A model generated the notes under the pieces. It was not told the origin of the DNA and did no database searches. It saw only the letters and a program-made list of their open reading frames with translations. Position numbers and translations under genes: made by a program. Positions 1 to 7,992 of a stretch of DNA of 22,537 nt are shown in pieces (the stretch's first letter is position 1; every line of letters begins with the position of its first letter). Source of the DNA: a virus (lineage: Duplodnaviria > Heunggongvirae > Uroviricota > Caudoviricetes); the IMG/VR virus record IMGVR_UViG_3300045996_000470, positions 98,667 through 121,203 of that record, one strand, 5' to 3'.

Positions 1-980
1 GCCAAAAAGTCCGTAAGGTACTGACAATTCATAAAAAACGTTAGCCCTGTATCCGGATAATTCGTAACCACACACTTCACAATCTCCTCGCTCTCTCCCT
101 CTGTAGAAGTAGCACTAAGAAGCATCTTCTCTTCTTGTAACTCAATCTTAACTGCTCTGCTATTCTCGTCTGCCGTAAGCACTACACGCCTAAGTGCTTT
201 AACCATCTCACTTGCATCGAAAACAACCTCAATTTCATTGTCCTTCGGAAGAGCCATCCTATAGTCCGGAAAATTCATTGTCAATTTCCTAGAGATAAGA
301 ACACGGTTGCCAGACTCAAATTTTATGTGATTCGGGTTATTTGTGATAACAACATCGTTACCTACAAATTTAGCGACTTCTGACAAAGCACGCTTCGGGA
401 TAAGAACTTCCAAATGAGCCTCTACATCATCTATCTCTTCTTGCTGTATAGCGATTCTATGTCCGTCTGTGGCAATCATCGTAACCTTCCCAAGTTCTAC
501 TTCCAATTTCGCCCCACCGAGAGCAAATCTACCCTCGTCCTGAGAAGTTGCAAAACAGGTGTGCTTGATAAGTTCCTTGATAGTATCTCCATCCATAGTG
601 ACTTCATCGTCTGTAACTTCGGGAACTGTAGGAAATTGGTCTTTTGAAAGCCCCGCCATTCTAAACTTAGATGTGTTGCAAGTCACCTTGACCCAATCAT
701 TCCCCTCTTTTTTAAATTTCACAGCACCGTCTGCTAGAGATTTTACAATGTCGCACAGCTTCTTAGCAGGGATACAAATTGACCCTTCTGTTTTAATTTC
801 TGCCGCGATTTCTGCTTGGATAGTTATGTCGAGGTCTGTACCGGTAAGTCTAATTTTGTCTTTATTTACAGACTCTATAAGTAAACTAGAAAGAGCGCCG
901 ATTCCTGCTTTCTTCTCGGCAATGCCTTGAAGCAGATTAACTTCGCTCTTTAGTGTTTGATTATTAACTGAAAATTCCAT
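1..980 (-). CDS. dnaN: DNA polymerase III beta sliding clamp (partial, runs off the left edge)
   Basis: Not in the ORF track because there is no stop in the window. Hand translation from ATG at 980 gives MEFSVNNQTLKSEVNLLQGIAEKK...RLTGTDLDITI...GSICIPAKKLCDIVKSL...MIATDGHRIA...NFPDY...FMNCQYLTDFL, which contains the beta-clamp TDL, ATDGHR, FPDY and N-x2-YL-x-D motifs. Confidence 0.96.
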   Translation of the reverse strand, partial: MEFSVNNQTLKSEVNLLQGIAEKKAGIGALSSLLIESVNKDKIRLTGTDLDITIQAEIAAEIKTEGSICIPAKKLCDIVKSLADGAVKFKKEGNDWVKVTCNTSKFRMAGLSKDQFPTVPEVTDDEVTMDGDTIKELIKHTCFATSQDEGRFALGGAKLEVELGKVTMIATDGHRIAIQQEEIDDVEAHLEVLIPKRALSEVAKFVGNDVVITNNPNHIKFESGNRVLISRKLTMNFPDYRMALPKDNEIEVVFDASEMVKALRRVVLTADENSRAVKIELQEEKMLLSATSTEGESEEIVKCVVTNYPDTGLTFFMNCQYLTDFL

Positions 981-986
981 ATTCAG

Positions 987-1014
987 ATTATACAGAATTT
1001 CTAAGAATTGTCAA
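987..1014 (-). promoter_or_regulatory. sigma70-type promoter of dnaN, leaderless
   Basis: Minus strand TTGACA(1014-1009)-16 bp-TATAAT(992-987); ATG follows 6 nt later; no SD. Confidence 0.85.
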
Positions 1015-1244
1015 CTGGCCTGTAAGTGTACTGTGCATTCCTCAAAGAGCCTTACATCGTCAAAGTCGTGTTTAGGGGCTTGGGAAGGCTTCTCTGTGCG
1101 TCCCTGAAATTCACATTCTGCGTCCGGAGGGCACTCACACTCAGGTTCTAGCCACCTATCACACCACGAGCAGTAGCGAGAATCGTAAGTATAATTGTAT
1201 GAATTTCTTTGTCCGCAATAAGGACAAAATTTAGGTCTTTTCAT
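1011..1244 (-). CDS. small Cys-rich (Zn-finger-like) hypothetical protein
   Basis: 77 aa ORF with CPYC, CSWC and CEC motifs; ATGA overlap with the upstream gene. Confidence 0.7.
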   Translation of the reverse strand: MKRPKFCPYCGQRNSYNYTYDSRYCSWCDRWLEPECECPPDAECEFQGRTEKPSQAPKHDFDDVRLFEECTVHLQAS

Positions 1245-1603
1245 TTCGCCTTACCCGTCCCGTCACATCTTGGGTGATGATTCCAGCCACCTAGTCTCGT
1301 TTTGTTAGCATCCTCAATTGTCATAGCCCAATAAGCACAAGGACACAGCTTAGGTTCGTGAGGTTTTAGAAAAATCTTCAGGGTTCTATTATCGTCCTGA
1401 AAAGACAATTCTAGCTCTACATCATATAGAACTAATAGTCTTCCTTGATTTGAGATTACTTCAAGCCTATTGACCGTTTCAGTATTCAGTGCGTTGGCTT
1501 GATATCCCCTAGAAAACGCATCGTATAGAGTTTCGTCTATAACGCCTTCACTAAGGGCTTGACTCCACGCCTTGTTTAGTCTTGCTAGTTCTTCTCCCTT
1601 CAT
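1241..1603 (-). CDS. hypothetical protein
   Basis: ORF track gives 1241..1633 (TTG start). ATG at 1603 (MKGEEL) is preferred because it overlaps the stop of a small upstream ORF (ATGA). Confidence 0.7.
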   Translation of the reverse strand: MKGEELARLNKAWSQALSEGVIDETLYDAFSRGYQANALNTETVNRLEVISNQGRLLVLYDVELELSFQDDNRTLKIFLKPHEPKLCPCAYWAMTIEDANKTRLGGWNHHPRCDGTGKAK

Positions 1604-1737
1604 TTTTTCACTCTTTCTTGCGGCAGTCCACAAGCCCTACGTCTGCGGTTCTTACGAATCCAATCCGAACACTTGCCGTGTCGAGTTTTCTCTACCGTGT
1701 AAAGTTCGTAAAGTTCAGCCCTTGTTTTTTGCTTCAT
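1600..1737 (-). CDS. small basic hypothetical protein (45 aa)
   Basis: Hand translation MKQKTRAELYELYTVEKTRHGKCSDWIRKNRRRRACGLPQERVKK; fills the gap; its TGA overlaps the next ATG. Confidence 0.5.
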   Translation of the reverse strand: MKQKTRAELYELYTVEKTRHGKCSDWIRKNRRRRACGLPQERVKK

Positions 1738-1990
1738 ATTCTCTTTTTGCTTCCCTAAGTCTTAATTCCCTAGTAACTCTGTGTTCAAACCTGTTGGCAT
1801 CTTCCTGCAACAACAGTCGCGCAACTTGAAAACGTTTTAAATCTTCCTTTGTGCCATCGAAATTCAGAGAATCCGGTTCCCTCTGTTCCCAGTACATATC
1901 GTAATGGAAATTCTGATTATCATAAGGGTCATGCCATTTGCCACAACCCGTACACCAATAAAACCTTAATGAACTTTTTAAATTAGCCAT
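1715..1990 (-). CDS. hypothetical protein with CxxC motif
   Basis: 91 aa ORF with CTGC, in the coupled minus-strand run. Confidence 0.65.
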   Translation of the reverse strand: MANLKSSLRFYWCTGCGKWHDPYDNQNFHYDMYWEQREPDSLNFDGTKEDLKRFQVARLLLQEDANRFEHRVTRELRLREAKREYEAKNKG

Positions 1991-2441
1991 CTGTATTTGT
2001 AATTTGTATGTCAGTTGCTGTGCATACCGAGTCTAAAACTAAAACCACCTGTCCAGCATGAGGCTTCTGTTCTTCCGGAGTTTTAAACGTTGTATTTAAA
2101 GGTTTTGCTGCAAACACATCCGGAGCAATTTCCACAGGCCATACCCCTACTTCCTTCAACTTTAGAACACTCTTAGTTTCGCAATTAGCTTTAAAAGTAG
2201 TAACTACATAAGCAACACTATTTAACGCCCAGCTTTTGTCCGGATACAGCTTGTAATGTGCCTGAAGAATGTCAAGAGTAGCCTCGTCTTTTGCCCACTT
2301 AATATTTTTGGTATCAAGCATATACATAAATTTTTCTGTACGGGCTATTTCCTTAAAGTTCCTAAGGTCAGGAGGAGTGTTTTGCGCGTTTGCTACTATT
2401 CCTGTGGCAAACAGAATAACTGCTAATAATATTATTTTCAT
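1983..2441 (-). CDS. exported protein, possibly surface-adhesin-E-like fold
   Basis: ATG at 2441 (ATGA overlap) gives MKIILLAVILFATGIVANA, a signal peptide. YMLDTKNI...ANCETK...C pattern loosely resembles adhesin-E-like families. Confidence 0.6.
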   Translation of the reverse strand: MKIILLAVILFATGIVANAQNTPPDLRNFKEIARTEKFMYMLDTKNIKWAKDEATLDILQAHYKLYPDKSWALNSVAYVVTTFKANCETKSVLKLKEVGVWPVEIAPDVFAAKPLNTTFKTPEEQKPHAGQVVLVLDSVCTATDIQITNTDG

Positions 2442-2764
2442 TCCCAAGTTCTCAACTCTGTTATTGTCTCGTCAAAATATTTCTTGGCTAAGGCGACAAC
2501 ATCCTTTTTCCACTTGCCGTCCACCAACCAAACTTCTCGGTCTTTACACCTATACCTTTCGTCTCTAGGGATTAGTGCTTCTAACTCTGCGATAAACTCG
2601 TCGTTATGAGAAGCATCCACTCTAATCCTTGGCTCTATTTGGTCAAAGTCTATGTGATACTCTCCCCAAGTAAGTCGGCAGAGAGAATCCTTATTAGGTA
2701 CGCCTATCTTTGGACGAAAAGGATTAGTTATAACAGAAACTTTCTTATTCTTGGGTATTAACAT
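2438..2764 (-). CDS. hypothetical protein (weak HARP-like C-terminal pattern)
   Basis: 108 aa ORF; IRVDASHNDEFIAELEALIP...R...W...Y pattern. Confidence 0.6.
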   Translation of the reverse strand: MLIPKNKKVSVITNPFRPKIGVPNKDSLCRLTWGEYHIDFDQIEPRIRVDASHNDEFIAELEALIPRDERYRCKDREVWLVDGKWKKDVVALAKKYFDETITELRTWE

Positions 2765-2780
2765 TTGTCAAATGGATTTT

Positions 2781-2963
2781 CTACATTGGATAGCCGTGAC
2801 CGCTTTTCCAGTCGTGTTTTCCACAATCTCCTGTTCTAGGTCTTAATTCATCCCCATATTCCTCTTCATCTGTGTAATCCAAAAGATATTCTTTATCACA
2901 GGTGTAACAAATACTTGTTGCCGGTCTGCCTTTCTCGTCAAGTCTAGGTTCTTTGTTTTCCAT
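2781..2963 (-). CDS. small CxxC hypothetical protein
   Basis: ATG at 2963 (MENKEPR) lies 5 nt after a -10 box; CYTC motif. Confidence 0.65.
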   Translation of the reverse strand: MENKEPRLDEKGRPATSICYTCDKEYLLDYTDEEEYGDELRPRTGDCGKHDWKSGHGYPM

Positions 2964-2968
2964 TACCA

Positions 2969-2997
2969 ATCATAATACCTTTCGTAGAAAAAGTCAA
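2969..2997 (-). promoter_or_regulatory. sigma70-type promoter, leaderless
   Basis: TTGACT(2997-2992)-17 bp-TATGAT(2974-2969); ATG 5 nt downstream. Confidence 0.7.
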
Positions 2998-3004
2998 CCG
3001 GCCC

Positions 3005-3187
3005 CTACAGAACATCTGTGTCCCAAGTTGTGAATACGTTTTTGTGGTATTTGAATTTCTCTCCACAGCTAACACAATTCTCCTCTCCATCCTCTTCGGT
3101 AAAGTCAGAGCAGTCGAAGTAAAACCACCCACAGTGGGGACAAACCATTTCGTCAGTATTGTAATGAATTATGTCTGATTGTTCCAT
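3005..3187 (-). CDS. Zn-ribbon microprotein (60 aa)
   Basis: MEQSDIIH...CPHC...CVSC; start re-assigned to ATG at 3187. Confidence 0.7.
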   Translation of the reverse strand: MEQSDIIHYNTDEMVCPHCGWFYFDCSDFTEEDGEENCVSCGEKFKYHKNVFTTWDTDVL

Positions 3188-3354
3188 TGTTTTTTCTCTA
3201 TAGCTTCGCAAATTTTGGAAATTCCTTGGTAAAAAATAGATGTTCCCAAACAGAACCAAACAAAACTGCTAGCGTCTATTCCAGTAGCTACCAATGCTAT
3301 TGTCCCTAATACGGCTAAAACTAGCCAATAAAATCCGTTAACTGCTGCACTCAT
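3169..3354 (-). CDS. small membrane protein
   Basis: 61 aa with two hydrophobic segments. Confidence 0.65.
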   Translation of the reverse strand: MSAAVNGFYWLVLAVLGTIALVATGIDASSFVWFCLGTSIFYQGISKICEAIEKKQWNNQT

Positions 3355-3590
3355 TTTTTCTCTCCGTCCTTTAGCTTCTCTAACAATTCCGGAGTAGGTT
3401 TAAGCCATCCCGTAAGTTGAGCTATTTTAACTTGTATCCTAATTTCCTCTAGCTTAGAATCTAAGGCTCCTCCAATCGTAAAGAGTATCGAAGCAAGGAG
3501 TGCAGTCATTGCAATAGGAGTGCCCGGAATCCAAATTCCTCCTATTATCGCTATGATTAACCACAGTATGGCAAATATTCTGTATTTCAT
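3351..3590 (-). CDS. small membrane protein
   Basis: 79 aa with two N-terminal hydrophobic helices; ATGA overlap. Confidence 0.7.
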   Translation of the reverse strand: MKYRIFAILWLIIAIIGGIWIPGTPIAMTALLASILFTIGGALDSKLEEIRIQVKIAQLTGWLKPTPELLEKLKDGEKK

Positions 3591-3820
3591 AATTTTTTCA
3601 ATTCGTAGATAGAGCCGTTTTTAGTGGTTATTCTAAAGACATTCTCGTGAGGTTTAAAGACACTCTTAACAGCAGTAGTCCGAAATGTTCTTCCGTCACC
3701 TTCTCTGTTAAATAACCAAAGGTTAACTCCAAATAGAATAGGACTGTGGCTTTCGAATTTCTGAAACTTCGGAAACCTGTCCATATTATCTCTGTGTATT
3801 ATCTCTAGTTCGTACATCAA
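3587..3820 (-). CDS. hypothetical protein
   Basis: 77 aa ORF with FRTTAV...ITTKNGSIYEL beta-rich pattern. Confidence 0.7.
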   Translation of the reverse strand: MMYELEIIHRDNMDRFPKFQKFESHSPILFGVNLWLFNREGDGRTFRTTAVKSVFKPHENVFRITTKNGSIYELKKL

Positions 3821-4133
3821 TAAGTTCTTTTTTCTTTCCTCTTTGGAAAGAAAAGACTCCTCCTATTTTTACTCCTAAAAACATAAACGGGGCAGCAAAT
3901 TTATTTCGTTTCCAGATACATTTAAATAAAGCAGTGTCGGCTTTAGTTCTATCTTTTTCTTTTCCGCCTTCTGCGTATGCTTTGTCGTGAATCAGACAAC
4001 AAGGGCTTAAATTCTTTGTATCGAATAAATTGCAACCATTTCCTCCTGCCCACTCAATTGCTTTACTTTCTTGAGGGACTCCTGTAATTACCAAAACAAA
4101 AACCAGTAAAACAGTTCCTATTATTTGTTTCAT
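3786..4133 (-). CDS. exported phospholipase A2-like protein
   Basis: Signal peptide, then CCLIHDKAY (cf. PLA2 CCxxHDxCY) and a downstream ADTALFKC (second Asp position). Confidence 0.65.
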   Translation of the reverse strand: MKQIIGTVLLVFVLVITGVPQESKAIEWAGGNGCNLFDTKNLSPCCLIHDKAYAEGGKEKDRTKADTALFKCIWKRNKFAAPFMFLGVKIGGVFSFQRGKKKELIDVRTRDNTQR

Positions 4134-4597
4134 AAATTACCTTCGTGCCAATACTCAATCCCACCGTCCGGACGGAAAATATAAAGTCCCCAACAGTTTC
4201 CTTTCCCTTCCTTAATAACTTTCTTAGCGTATCTAATTGTTGCCCACGTTCCACTTCTAAGTTTCTCTTGATTCTCAAACGGAGTGGCAAACATAATATC
4301 CGCTTCATTTACAATATCCCTGTTTCGGTCTAGGTAAGGCTTATCTGTCCAAAGGTGGTCACAAGGTCTATAAACGTAAGCACTTTTATCAGTAGGAGGA
4401 TGCCCGACGATACTGATTCCTTCAAAATTGTTGCGAACTAAATCGTGAAACTCCGTATCTGAACCCTCACACATTCCGTGATGCACCACAGCAGTTTTGT
4501 AACGTCTAAGATACACGGGAATTAGCTCTTGACGTTGAGTTCCCATTCCTGACCTTGAGCCGGTAAATCCAATCTCTAATGTCCCTCTGATTGCCAT
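4130..4597 (-). CDS. SLOG (Smf/DprA-LOG/YspA-like) superfamily protein
   Basis: IGFTGSR, HHGMCEGSD, YLDRNRDIV and RSGTWATIRYA motifs. Confidence 0.8.
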   Translation of the reverse strand: MAIRGTLEIGFTGSRSGMGTQRQELIPVYLRRYKTAVVHHGMCEGSDTEFHDLVRNNFEGISIVGHPPTDKSAYVYRPCDHLWTDKPYLDRNRDIVNEADIMFATPFENQEKLRSGTWATIRYAKKVIKEGKGNCWGLYIFRPDGGIEYWHEGNL

Positions 4598-4598
4598 A

Positions 4599-4796
4599 TT
4601 AACTTTTTACAGTGCTGCCCACTACCAAACAATACATCGAAATAGTCAACCAAACGCCGAAAACAATTCCAGCCACAAACAGCATACCTCGAAGTCCGGT
4701 ACAGTAGAAATCATAGAAAGTTGCCACCAAGGCGATTCCCATTCCTATTGACATTAATCCCCAATTTCTAAGTAAGTGTTTGCTTAATTCTGTCAT
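4599..4796 (-). CDS. small membrane protein
   Basis: 65 aa with two hydrophobic helices; AAGGA SD upstream. Confidence 0.7.
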   Translation of the reverse strand: MTELSKHLLRNWGLMSIGMGIALVATFYDFYCTGLRGMLFVAGIVFGVWLTISMYCLVVGSTVKS

Positions 4797-4815
4797 TCGT
4801 ATTCCTTATAGGACA

Positions 4816-4843
4816 AGTATACACCATTTTGTACGAAAGTCAA
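4816..4843 (-). promoter_or_regulatory. sigma70-type promoter (leadered)
   Basis: TTGACT(4843-4838)-16 bp-TATACT(4821-4816); ATG at 4796 with SD. Confidence 0.75.
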
Positions 4844-5049
4844 GCATTTTCGAGAGTAGAATCATCCAGACTATCTTTAGTCCAAACCACTTCTAACCCT
4901 TCGTTTTTGCTAAGAGATTTATATGCTTCCTTCCAGCTTGCCAAAAGAGAGGAATCATTCCTAAATCCATAGGAATTCCTCTCTATATTCTCCCTACTCT
5001 TTATTGCCGCTTCCAGTGCTAACATCAAATACTGTTGACTAATTTTCAT
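4840..5049 (-). CDS. hypothetical protein
   Basis: 69 aa ORF in the coupled run. Confidence 0.65.
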   Translation of the reverse strand: MKISQQYLMLALEAAIKSRENIERNSYGFRNDSSLLASWKEAYKSLSKNEGLEVVWTKDSLDDSTLENA

Positions 5050-5344
5050 TTTCTGTCCTCCACACTATTCCTTTTCCTTCACAAGACCTACAACTCACAT
5101 TTGAACTAATATTCCCGGTACCCCACATTCCGAACTCTCCGTTATAAAAATGCCAAGGGACTGAACCTGTTCCTCCGCAAACTGGACACTTAAAAGGTTT
5201 AGTTTCCTCTTTTAGGGGTGCTGGACAACCGGAATGGTCTATACAAGCACAAGCAGGTTTTGGGGTATTAGTTAAAGGGTCTGTGTACCAAGAAGTTCCA
5301 CATCTTCCACAACTTATTTTAACTGTCGGCGGTATTACACTCAT
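5039..5344 (-). CDS. DnaJ-type Zn-finger-like small protein
   Basis: CPVCGGTG and CRSCEGKG (CxxCxGxG) repeats plus extra Cys pairs. Confidence 0.7.
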   Translation of the reverse strand: MSVIPPTVKISCGRCGTSWYTDPLTNTPKPACACIDHSGCPAPLKEETKPFKCPVCGGTGSVPWHFYNGEFGMWGTGNISSNVSCRSCEGKGIVWRTENEN

Positions 5345-5616
5345 TAATGAATTATCTCCTGTTTCTTTAGCTTCAATGTTGGTTCTCCTCCGTGCTGATG
5401 ATTCTTTAGGAATAGTGAAATGTTAGGGTCTTCAAGCCATCCCTCTAATCCATCGTAAGGAAAAGCTGGTGTAGTCCACCATCCTGCCTCTTCTGCACCC
5501 ATACACTCCACACAAAGAAGTGTTTCCCTTTCCGCGTCCCACGCAACAAAAGGAGGTAATCTAAAATTTTTTATTGTTCCTTTCTTTAACATATTACCAC
5601 GGCAAGTCTCCTCCAT
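5344..5616 (-). CDS. hypothetical protein
   Basis: 90 aa with CVEC...HQH motif. Confidence 0.65.
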   Translation of the reverse strand: MEETCRGNMLKKGTIKNFRLPPFVAWDAERETLLCVECMGAEEAGWWTTPAFPYDGLEGWLEDPNISLFLKNHQHGGEPTLKLKKQEIIH

Positions 5617-5812
5617 TCTCAGGCTCTATAGGGTCGTCATTCTCTTCGTCCCAATAGTCTACCTGATATGTTTTCTTACATTTCTTACACTTAATCTCGT
5701 CCGAGTCCGGTAAATCTGAACCATATTCAGTTCTTATATTTTCTCCACACTCCGGGCACATTGTCCAAGTGATTTGACGAGTTTCTGCATCTATGTATCT
5801 ACCCTTTTTCAT
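5594..5812 (-). CDS. Zn-ribbon microprotein
   Basis: CPEC...CKKC with an acidic tail. Confidence 0.7.
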   Translation of the reverse strand: MKKGRYIDAETRQITWTMCPECGENIRTEYGSDLPDSDEIKCKKCKKTYQVDYWDEENDDPIEPENGGDLPW

Positions 5813-6336
5813 TAAATGCCCTCTTCTCTAACTTCTCCTGTCTCGGCGTTGATAATAAAACCCTGATTTGGTAGTAAAGGGTGCTTTTTCTTTTCAAATA
5901 GTCCGACGGGTTGCATTTTGATTACCAGCCACCCATTGACAATAGGGGGATTAAGTTCTATTTGTCCAGAAAAATAAGTTGTAATGTACTTATCTGCCTT
6001 TGCAATATGCTCTGCCCCTGCGATGAAGGGAGCTACCAAAGTTTCATTAGTTTGAAAAAGAAGTATGTTGTCCCACAGTCTAAGCTTAGTTGGCAAGAAA
6101 TCGAACAATGCCATAGTAAGCTCATACGCCACTACCACGGGGTCTTTAACCCACAAATGCTTATTAAATGCCGAAGTATACACCTTAATTGTTACTGCAT
6201 CGGTACTGTCTTCTTCAAACGCATGAGACATCATATAAGGGAATTTAGAATTCTCCCAAATATCCTTGATTGCATTGGTCAAGTCTTCGTTACTTAACTC
6301 TTTATTTCGAAACCTTACTGTTGCCGGTGTACTCAT
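5812..6336 (-). CDS. hypothetical protein
   Basis: 174 aa ORF, stop/start coupled with its neighbour. Confidence 0.75.
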   Translation of the reverse strand: MSTPATVRFRNKELSNEDLTNAIKDIWENSKFPYMMSHAFEEDSTDAVTIKVYTSAFNKHLWVKDPVVVAYELTMALFDFLPTKLRLWDNILLFQTNETLVAPFIAGAEHIAKADKYITTYFSGQIELNPPIVNGWLVIKMQPVGLFEKKKHPLLPNQGFIINAETGEVREEGI

Positions 6337-6568
6337 TCTTTTTTGTCTCTCTCTCCTGTATTAACTTGTGTACCTTTTTATCGAGGTACTTAATGGCTTT
6401 AAGCATAGCCTCTACACTCAAAAAGCCCCTTCCTTTTTCACTATTACAACACCAACAAACCCCAGACATAAAAGGCTTAGCACACGGGCAGGCGTAGTTG
6501 CATCCTTCTTCATCTGTAAGGCAAGGACAATCTTTCTCCGTGCCGTTTCGTCGGGCTATTAACATCAT
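6302..6568 (-). CDS. Cys-rich hypothetical protein
   Basis: Start re-assigned to ATG at 6568, next to the upstream stop; CPC, CNYACPC and CWCC motifs. Confidence 0.65.
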   Translation of the reverse strand: MMLIARRNGTEKDCPCLTDEEGCNYACPCAKPFMSGVCWCCNSEKGRGFLSVEAMLKAIKYLDKKVHKLIQERETKKNEYTGNSKVSK

Positions 6569-6569
6569 C

Positions 6570-6959
6570 TCAGTGTTGTGTTTGACCGTAGCGAATAGAA
6601 TCGTTCTCCGACCTATTAGCATACATTAGGCTCTGTAAAGCTGAAAGCTGCGCTCTAAGTGAACGAACTTCCTCTGTGTCTGTATTCTTGTCCGCTTCTG
6701 CTAATCCAGCAGCTTCCCTTTCTGCTTGCCATCCTGCATCGGCTTTAGCTTCCCTTTCTTCTTTGTTCTTACCCTCGGTTTTTAGGAATGCTTTAGCTTT
6801 AGCAATCCTCATAGCATTGTCTTTTTTGGCAAAGTCTCGGGCTGATTCTCTAAGTCTTCCAATAGCTTCAGTTAAAGCTTCTGACAAATTCATCATCTGA
6901 GACTTTAGGGAAGTAGCTTCCGGACTTGTTACAAGTATATCGTCCTCTTCGTATTTCAT
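6570..6959 (-). CDS. alpha-helical coiled-coil protein (weakly UvsY-like)
   Basis: 129 aa Ala/Glu/Lys-rich helix pattern AKAKAFLKTEG...EVRSLRAQLSALQS. Confidence 0.6.
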   Translation of the reverse strand: MKYEEDDILVTSPEATSLKSQMMNLSEALTEAIGRLRESARDFAKKDNAMRIAKAKAFLKTEGKNKEEREAKADAGWQAEREAAGLAEADKNTDTEEVRSLRAQLSALQSLMYANRSENDSIRYGQTQH

Positions 6960-6962
6960 ATA

Positions 6963-7187
6963 TTACTGCGCTCCATTAATCTTTGCTAAAAGCTTGACAG
7001 TCATTTTCCCTGTCGTGTCCGTAACTCTGAGGTCTTCGGAAGCAATTCCCTCTATTAAAGAGTTTATACCCTTAACAACTGCTTGCAGGGTATTGTAAGT
7101 CTCACTAGTCGCTAGGACTTGATGATTCTTAGCCTTAATCACAAAGAAGTATTTACCGTCCTGACTCTCATTTATTTGTAGCTTCAT
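6963..7187 (-). CDS. YegP/DUF1508 (UPF0339) domain protein
   Basis: DGKYFFVIKAKNHQVLATSETY...GINSL matches the family pattern. Confidence 0.8.
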   Translation of the reverse strand: MKLQINESQDGKYFFVIKAKNHQVLATSETYNTLQAVVKGINSLIEGIASEDLRVTDTTGKMTVKLLAKINGAQ

Positions 7188-7458
7188 TTAGTTTACTCAA
7201 CTTCACTTTAAAAATCCTGTCTCTATATTCCGGAGTGTCGTACGCACCGTTTAACCAGAAATCCCCATAGTGGACAATTGCCAAGTCCGGATACATAGGA
7301 ATCTGGTAACCTTGCTTGACGGCAAGGGCTGTTTCTCTGTTCCTCCCGGTCAACATACAAAACTTTTCCCATTCCTCATTCGTTCCGGTCAGCACAATCA
7401 CGGGGATAGTTTCTTCCCCTTCTTTTACCTTTAATTCTTCTAATTCTTTTTCTTCCAT
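7168..7458 (-). CDS. hypothetical protein
   Basis: 96 aa; GGAG SD upstream. Confidence 0.7.
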   Translation of the reverse strand: MEEKELEELKVKEGEETIPVIVLTGTNEEWEKFCMLTGRNRETALAVKQGYQIPMYPDLAIVHYGDFWLNGAYDTPEYRDRIFKVKLSKLNEATNK

Positions 7459-7491
7459 AATTTCTCCATTTTCTCACGAACAAACATAACA

Positions 7492-7716
7492 TTATTCGTA
7501 CTCAACTCCTAACAATTTTTGAATTCCTGCCCATATTGTTCCGATTACCACGGCGGCAGGGAAAAAAAGCACTACACCCAAAAAATGATACCACCTCGCT
7601 CCTCCAATTCTGTAAGTTGTAACATATAGAAATATTGCCCAAATGACCCCTATTGCCAAATATGCTAGAGCTATAAACACCCCCAACCCAATTAAAATTC
7701 CCTGCCACAACTCCAT
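7492..7716 (-). CDS. small membrane protein
   Basis: 74 aa with two hydrophobic helices; GGAG SD. Confidence 0.7.
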   Translation of the reverse strand: MELWQGILIGLGVFIALAYLAIGVIWAIFLYVTTYRIGGARWYHFLGVVLFFPAAVVIGTIWAGIQKLLGVEYE

Positions 7717-7725
7717 AATTTACTC

Positions 7726-7992
7726 CTACTCTATTTTAAAATGGTTATTTTTTATCTCCTGTGCTACGTTTCTTAAAGTAAAACTTACCCATCCTTTTCC
7801 TACACTAAGCCCTATGTATTCAGACATTTGTTTTTCAATTTTTAGAATAAATTCGTCAATAACTTTAGAAATTTTTACTTCAACCTCTAATTGTTCTTCA
7901 ACTTCTTCGTGCATCCTTTCAACATGGTCTTGTACATCTTGATTGTACGCCCCTCCACCCCTGTTTCTTATTCCCCAAGCTCCTCCGTTCAT
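7726..7992 (-). CDS. hypothetical protein
   Basis: 88 aa ORF; ATGA overlap. Confidence 0.65.
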   Translation of the reverse strand: MNGGAWGIRNRGGGAYNQDVQDHVERMHEEVEEQLEVEVKISKVIDEFILKIEKQMSEYIGLSVGKGWVSFTLRNVAQEIKNNHFKIE

